Shown here piece by piece: positions 60,642 to 64,000 of a stretch of 64,000 nt of DNA. The translations under genes were made by a program, and so were the position numbers. Each line of letters starts with the position of its first letter. The first letter of the stretch is position 1. Origin of the DNA: Nitrosopumilus sp. (GTDB lineage Archaea > Thermoproteota > Nitrososphaeria > Nitrososphaerales > Nitrosopumilaceae). The notes under the pieces are model-generated. The model did not search any database, was not told where the DNA came from, and saw nothing but the letters and a program-made list of their open reading frames with translations. The stretch covers positions 992,001-1,056,000 of the forward strand of contig OZ245003.1 of assembly GCA_965223425.1 (NCBI GenBank), written 5' to 3'.

Positions 60642-61867
60642 GGTGCTGTCCAAATTTTTCCCGGAAATTTCCAGAAAAGCTTATAGATCATGACGAAATC
60701 CTGCTGCAAGGCTTTTGGATCACGGGCTTGGCACCATGTCAATGTCAAAACGACGAAAAAAGGGCAGGAAAAACGGACAGCATGACGCCCACGTCCGAAG
60801 GTACAGGATCCAGATGTGCCGGAACTATTCAGCATACGAGAAGAAGCGGAGGGGCGAGGGCAACAAGATAGTGACGAGGATCAAAAAACTCAAAGAAATG
60901 ATCCCCGCCGTCTTGGAGGGCGCCTCCAAGGACGAGACATCGGCACTATTGTGCGTGCTGGACATGGTGTTCCGTAACCACTCGTACAGGGTTCACGTCA
61001 CGTACATGGAACTGCACCCGGGTACGGTAAACGCCTACGGCCTAAAAAGGATTCCATCAAAATCGTCACTGCACAACATGGCAAAAGCGCTGTCAGGGAG
61101 GATCGAGCAGCTCGCAGGACTGCTTCTGGCACAGGCAGGAGACGACGCGCGCGGCACCGTCATAGGCGACTCGTCTGGGTTCTCCATCATGAATTACGTG
61201 GACTGGGAGGACGCCAAGAAAGGACTCGTCTCAAGGCGCGAGTTTGACAAGCTGCACGTGCTGGTGGCCCCGCACGGCATGATATCTGCGTGCGAGGTGA
61301 CGTACGGCAGAAAGCACGACTCGCCGGTGTTCTGCGACATGTACGGGAGGATCCCGCACGGCGACACCGGCGGCCACGTCCTGCTGGATGCGGCATACCT
61401 CTCAAGGAAGAACTGCCGTATCATTGCAGACAGCGGAAGGGAGCCGGTCATATGTCCCAAGAAGAACTCTGTTCCCAGGGGGTTTAACCCCATGGGAAAA
61501 ATGCTTCGCTGGCACAGGGACGACCCGTGCGGGTTTGCAAAGGCCTACGGCCAGCGCAGCCTGGTGGAGAACACGTTTTCTGTCATGAAGGAGAGGTTCG
61601 GCGCAGTCGCCCGTGCAAGGACGGCATCCATGAGAAGGCTGCAGCTTGTCCTAAAGTGCATCTGCTACAACCTGGTCGCATAAGACTGCCGTAATGCGGA
61701 GAGGGCTTTCCCAGCGTAAGCTGTACTCCTGCTTGCCATTCTTTGGGACAAGGCACCTGATGACGGTGTCACCGGTATTCTTCTGGCATGGGCAGCACCG
61801 ATGCTTGCCTGTTTTTGCGCAAAAATCACGAAACATGTGATCGAAATCAGTCAATTTGGACAGCACC
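60642..61867 (+). mobile_element. IS5-family element with a 9-bp TSD
   Basis: TIR ggtgctgtccaaatt / aatttggacagcacc; TSD gccgtctgc at 60633-60641 and 61868-61876. Confidence 0.9.
60715..61683 (+). CDS. IS5-family DDE transposase (intact)
   Basis: GDSSGF, KLHV, HDSP, LDAAY and YGQRSLVENTFSVMK motifs. Confidence 0.9.
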   Translation: MDHGLGTMSMSKRRKKGRKNGQHDAHVRRYRIQMCRNYSAYEKKRRGEGNKIVTRIKKLKEMIPAVLEGASKDETSALLCVLDMVFRNHSYRVHVTYMELHPGTVNAYGLKRIPSKSSLHNMAKALSGRIEQLAGLLLAQAGDDARGTVIGDSSGFSIMNYVDWEDAKKGLVSRREFDKLHVLVAPHGMISACEVTYGRKHDSPVFCDMYGRIPHGDTGGHVLLDAAYLSRKNCRIIADSGREPVICPKKNSVPRGFNPMGKMLRWHRDDPCGFAKAYGQRSLVENTFSVMKERFGAVARARTASMRRLQLVLKCICYNLVA

Positions 61868-62032
61868 GCCGTCTGCAACATCTTCATATATGCGTGGGTT
61901 GTTTAACAGTTCGCGGCCCTGTCTGGTTTTTTGTCTCAACAACAGAAATCATGGGGTCGTACCCTCATTGATCTGTTTGCATTTTGTAGCCGATTTGGCC
62001 CGAATTAGAGCATATTTCGCTTAGCTGCCAAT

Positions 62033-62680
62033 ATGGAAAACATTAATACCATGTGGAAATATTATTTACCATACATGAAACTGCACGGATATCTGGAACA
62101 ACTGCTTGGCAGCAAGGCCTCAATCAGCGTACTTCGTACCCTAGTAAGACACAAGGGCAAGATATTTACCATAAGGAGACTGGCACACGATGCACACGTC
62201 TCACATCCCAGAGTGTCCAAAACAGTCAAGGGATTGGACAAGCTTGGGGTTGTGCAGATCCAGCCAATAGGCAGATCCCATCAAGTCTCACTGAATGAAA
62301 AAAGCCACATCCTCAAAAGGATCATAGTGCCGATGTTTGAGGCCGAAGAGCGGACACTTGACCAGATGATCTTGGTTCTCAAAAGATACTTGGGTGCGGA
62401 AAAAAATACCTCGGCTGCAATCTTTGGAAGTGTTCCAAAAAGTCAGGAGAAGGAAGGTAGCGACATTGACGTCCTTATCATATCAGATGATTTTGACGGC
62501 GCCATCGCCGCAGCATCAGATGCCGGTGAGGAGATATTTGCGAAATTCCACGGCAGGATCTCCCCAATTGTCTTCTCAGAGTCCGAATTAAGGTTAAAAA
62601 AGAGAAGCGGTCTTGTATGTTCCATACTGGACAACCATACTATGGTATATGGGAGGAATCTGGAGGATCTATTGAAATGA
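62033..62680 (+). CDS. wHTH-fused minimal nucleotidyltransferase (MNT) antitoxin-like protein
   Basis: N-terminal wHTH; FGS...SDIDV catalytic motif. Confidence 0.88.
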   Translation: MENINTMWKYYLPYMKLHGYLEQLLGSKASISVLRTLVRHKGKIFTIRRLAHDAHVSHPRVSKTVKGLDKLGVVQIQPIGRSHQVSLNEKSHILKRIIVPMFEAEERTLDQMILVLKRYLGAEKNTSAAIFGSVPKSQEKEGSDIDVLIISDDFDGAIAAASDAGEEIFAKFHGRISPIVFSESELRLKKRSGLVCSILDNHTMVYGRNLEDLLK

Positions 62681-63063
62681 GAGACGTTGATCCCAGTGAG
62701 GCGACAAACTATCTCACAAAATCAGAGGAGTTTTTGGAGATGGCCAAGCTTGCAGCACAGAATGCAAAGTACAACAGCACAGTGACTGGTGCCGTGCACA
62801 GTGCCATCAGTGCGCTGGATGCGCTGACCACATCGTACAAGGGAAGACGCGCCTCAGATGACCACACCCAGGCGCTGTCACTTGTCAAGGGGATATTTTC
62901 CCCGCAGGAGTACCGTGAGATCAAGAGACAGTTTACCTCATTAATAGACAAAAAGAATGCAGCAGAGTACCAGCCAGATCTCATGGAACCAAAGGATGCC
63001 CAAGACTCTGTAAAGTGGGCAGAAAGAATCGTTAGCAGAGTCAAAAAGAGACTGGATCCGTAA
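62677..63063 (+). CDS. HEPN-domain protein
   Basis: ATGA overlap with the MNT gene; helical pattern A..YL.KSEEFL.A...H...KNAAEY...A...AERIV. Confidence 0.85.
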   Translation: MRDVDPSEATNYLTKSEEFLEMAKLAAQNAKYNSTVTGAVHSAISALDALTTSYKGRRASDDHTQALSLVKGIFSPQEYREIKRQFTSLIDKKNAAEYQPDLMEPKDAQDSVKWAERIVSRVKKRLDP

Positions 63064-63096
63064 GCCCATGTACTTAATTTGATGTATTGGACCGAC

Positions 63097-63238
63097 GGTG
63101 CTGTCCAAATTGACTGATTTCGATCACATGTTTCGTGATTTTTGCGCAAAAACAGGCAAGACGGCGGTGCTGCCCATGCCAGAAGAATACCGGTGACACC
63201 GTCATCAGGTACTGCCTTGTCCCAAAGAATGGCAAGCA
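63097..63238 (-). mobile_element. Right end of a second IS5 copy, inverted and cut by IS630
   Basis: Near-identical reverse complement of ~61729-61867. Confidence 0.88.
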
Positions 63239-63240
63239 TA

Positions 63241-64000
63241 GTAAGTACATAAAAAACCTGAACCATTTTGACAATTATTTTTGGCCAAAAGATCCAAGAC
63301 CGGCCATATCGCACACACTGCATGTACAAACAAAAAAAGAGACAGGTTGCAAGGGGGGCAAAATTTCTGCCAAACACCAGCGTTGCAGACCTCAAAAGGG
63401 CATACAAAAAAGAGACCGATCCCAGAAGGCGCGACAGGCTGCTTGCGTACATGCAGCGCAAGGACGGCGTGCCGCTAGACAGGATCGGAGGGATGCTGGG
63501 AAGGCCCAAGTCCACCATATCTGCATGGCTCAACCGCGCACAGGACGAGGGAATACGCGCAAGGTTCGAGCGCAGCGGCAGGGGACGAAAGCACCTGATA
63601 GGCGGGCCGCAGGCAAGACAGCTTGCAGCAGACCTGGATGCGGGGCCGGAGTCATGCGGCTTTGAGAGCAGCCTGTGGGATTCCAACCTGGTAAGGCTGC
63701 ACATCAAGAAAAAGTTCGGCGTGCAGTACAGCAAGACAGGCGCGCTGCAGCTGGTCAGGGAGATGGGCTTTTCGTGGAGCAAGGCGCGTCCAAAAAACCC
63801 AAGATCAGCCTCAAAAAGAAAGCAAAAAGAGTTTCAGGAGCGGGCAAAAAAACTCGTTGCAGAAAAGTCGGCGCAGGGATACACCGTACTGGCCGGCGAT
63901 GCATCCTCGATTCAAAAGGCATCAAACAGGCCCGGCTACGGGTGGAGAAGGCGCGGCAAGCGCGCCACATCCCCCTCTGTTTTGTCACGCGAAAGAAGAT
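63241..64000 (+). mobile_element. IS630-family element, copy 2 (runs off the window)
   Basis: Reverse complement of 59834-60593 with very few differences; preceded by TA. Confidence 0.92.

Larger units (their letters stand above)
57026..62027 (-). mobile_element. Second ISH3-family element (~1.25 kb) interrupted by three nested IS insertions
   Basis: TIR cagctaagcgaaat(g/a)tg at 57026 and reversed at 62027. Transposase fragments MAIDMHLIP, LLDREFFS and KFLMPC rejoin across the insertions. No TSD. Confidence 0.85.

Noticed and set aside
62709-63782. 357-aa minus-strand ORF (and 60052-60693)
   Set aside because: Antisense read-through across IS630, the IS5 end and HEPN; a chimeric artefact.

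Overview
Chromosomal segment of an ammonia-oxidising archaeon (Nitrososphaerota, Nitrosopumilaceae-like). The AT-rich core carries ilvBN-leuA-leuB, aspS, a PINA-type ATPase, endA, lig, FBP aldolase/phosphatase, tuf-rpsJ-rpoP, two 3-hydroxypropionate/4-hydroxybutyrate cycle enzymes, dnaG and ribK/ribL. GC-richer accessory DNA interrupts it: ISH3, IS5, IS66 and IS630 elements, an IS110 remnant, a three-fold nested IS pile-up, a family of 55-76 bp MITE-like repeats, an MNT-HEPN pair and a 2872-aa repeat-rich surface protein. Together with several eroded genes, this suggests a host-associated lineage such as a sponge symbiont (inference). The most striking item is a 1291-bp element (33392-34682) encoding only a catalytically intact TnpB/Cas12f-like nuclease but bounded by perfect 25-bp terminal inverted repeats and an 8-bp target-site duplication. 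These are DDE-transposon-type ends rather than IS200/IS605 ends, and a guide and TAM can be predicted from the flanks. Also notable: a candidate Val/Leu-rich leader peptide before ilvB, a P-II pseudogene lacking its T-loop, and hypervariable loops in a 7-repeat propeller. No tRNA, rRNA or CRISPR array was seen. All calls come from reading the sequence by eye and recalling protein families; no database searches were run.
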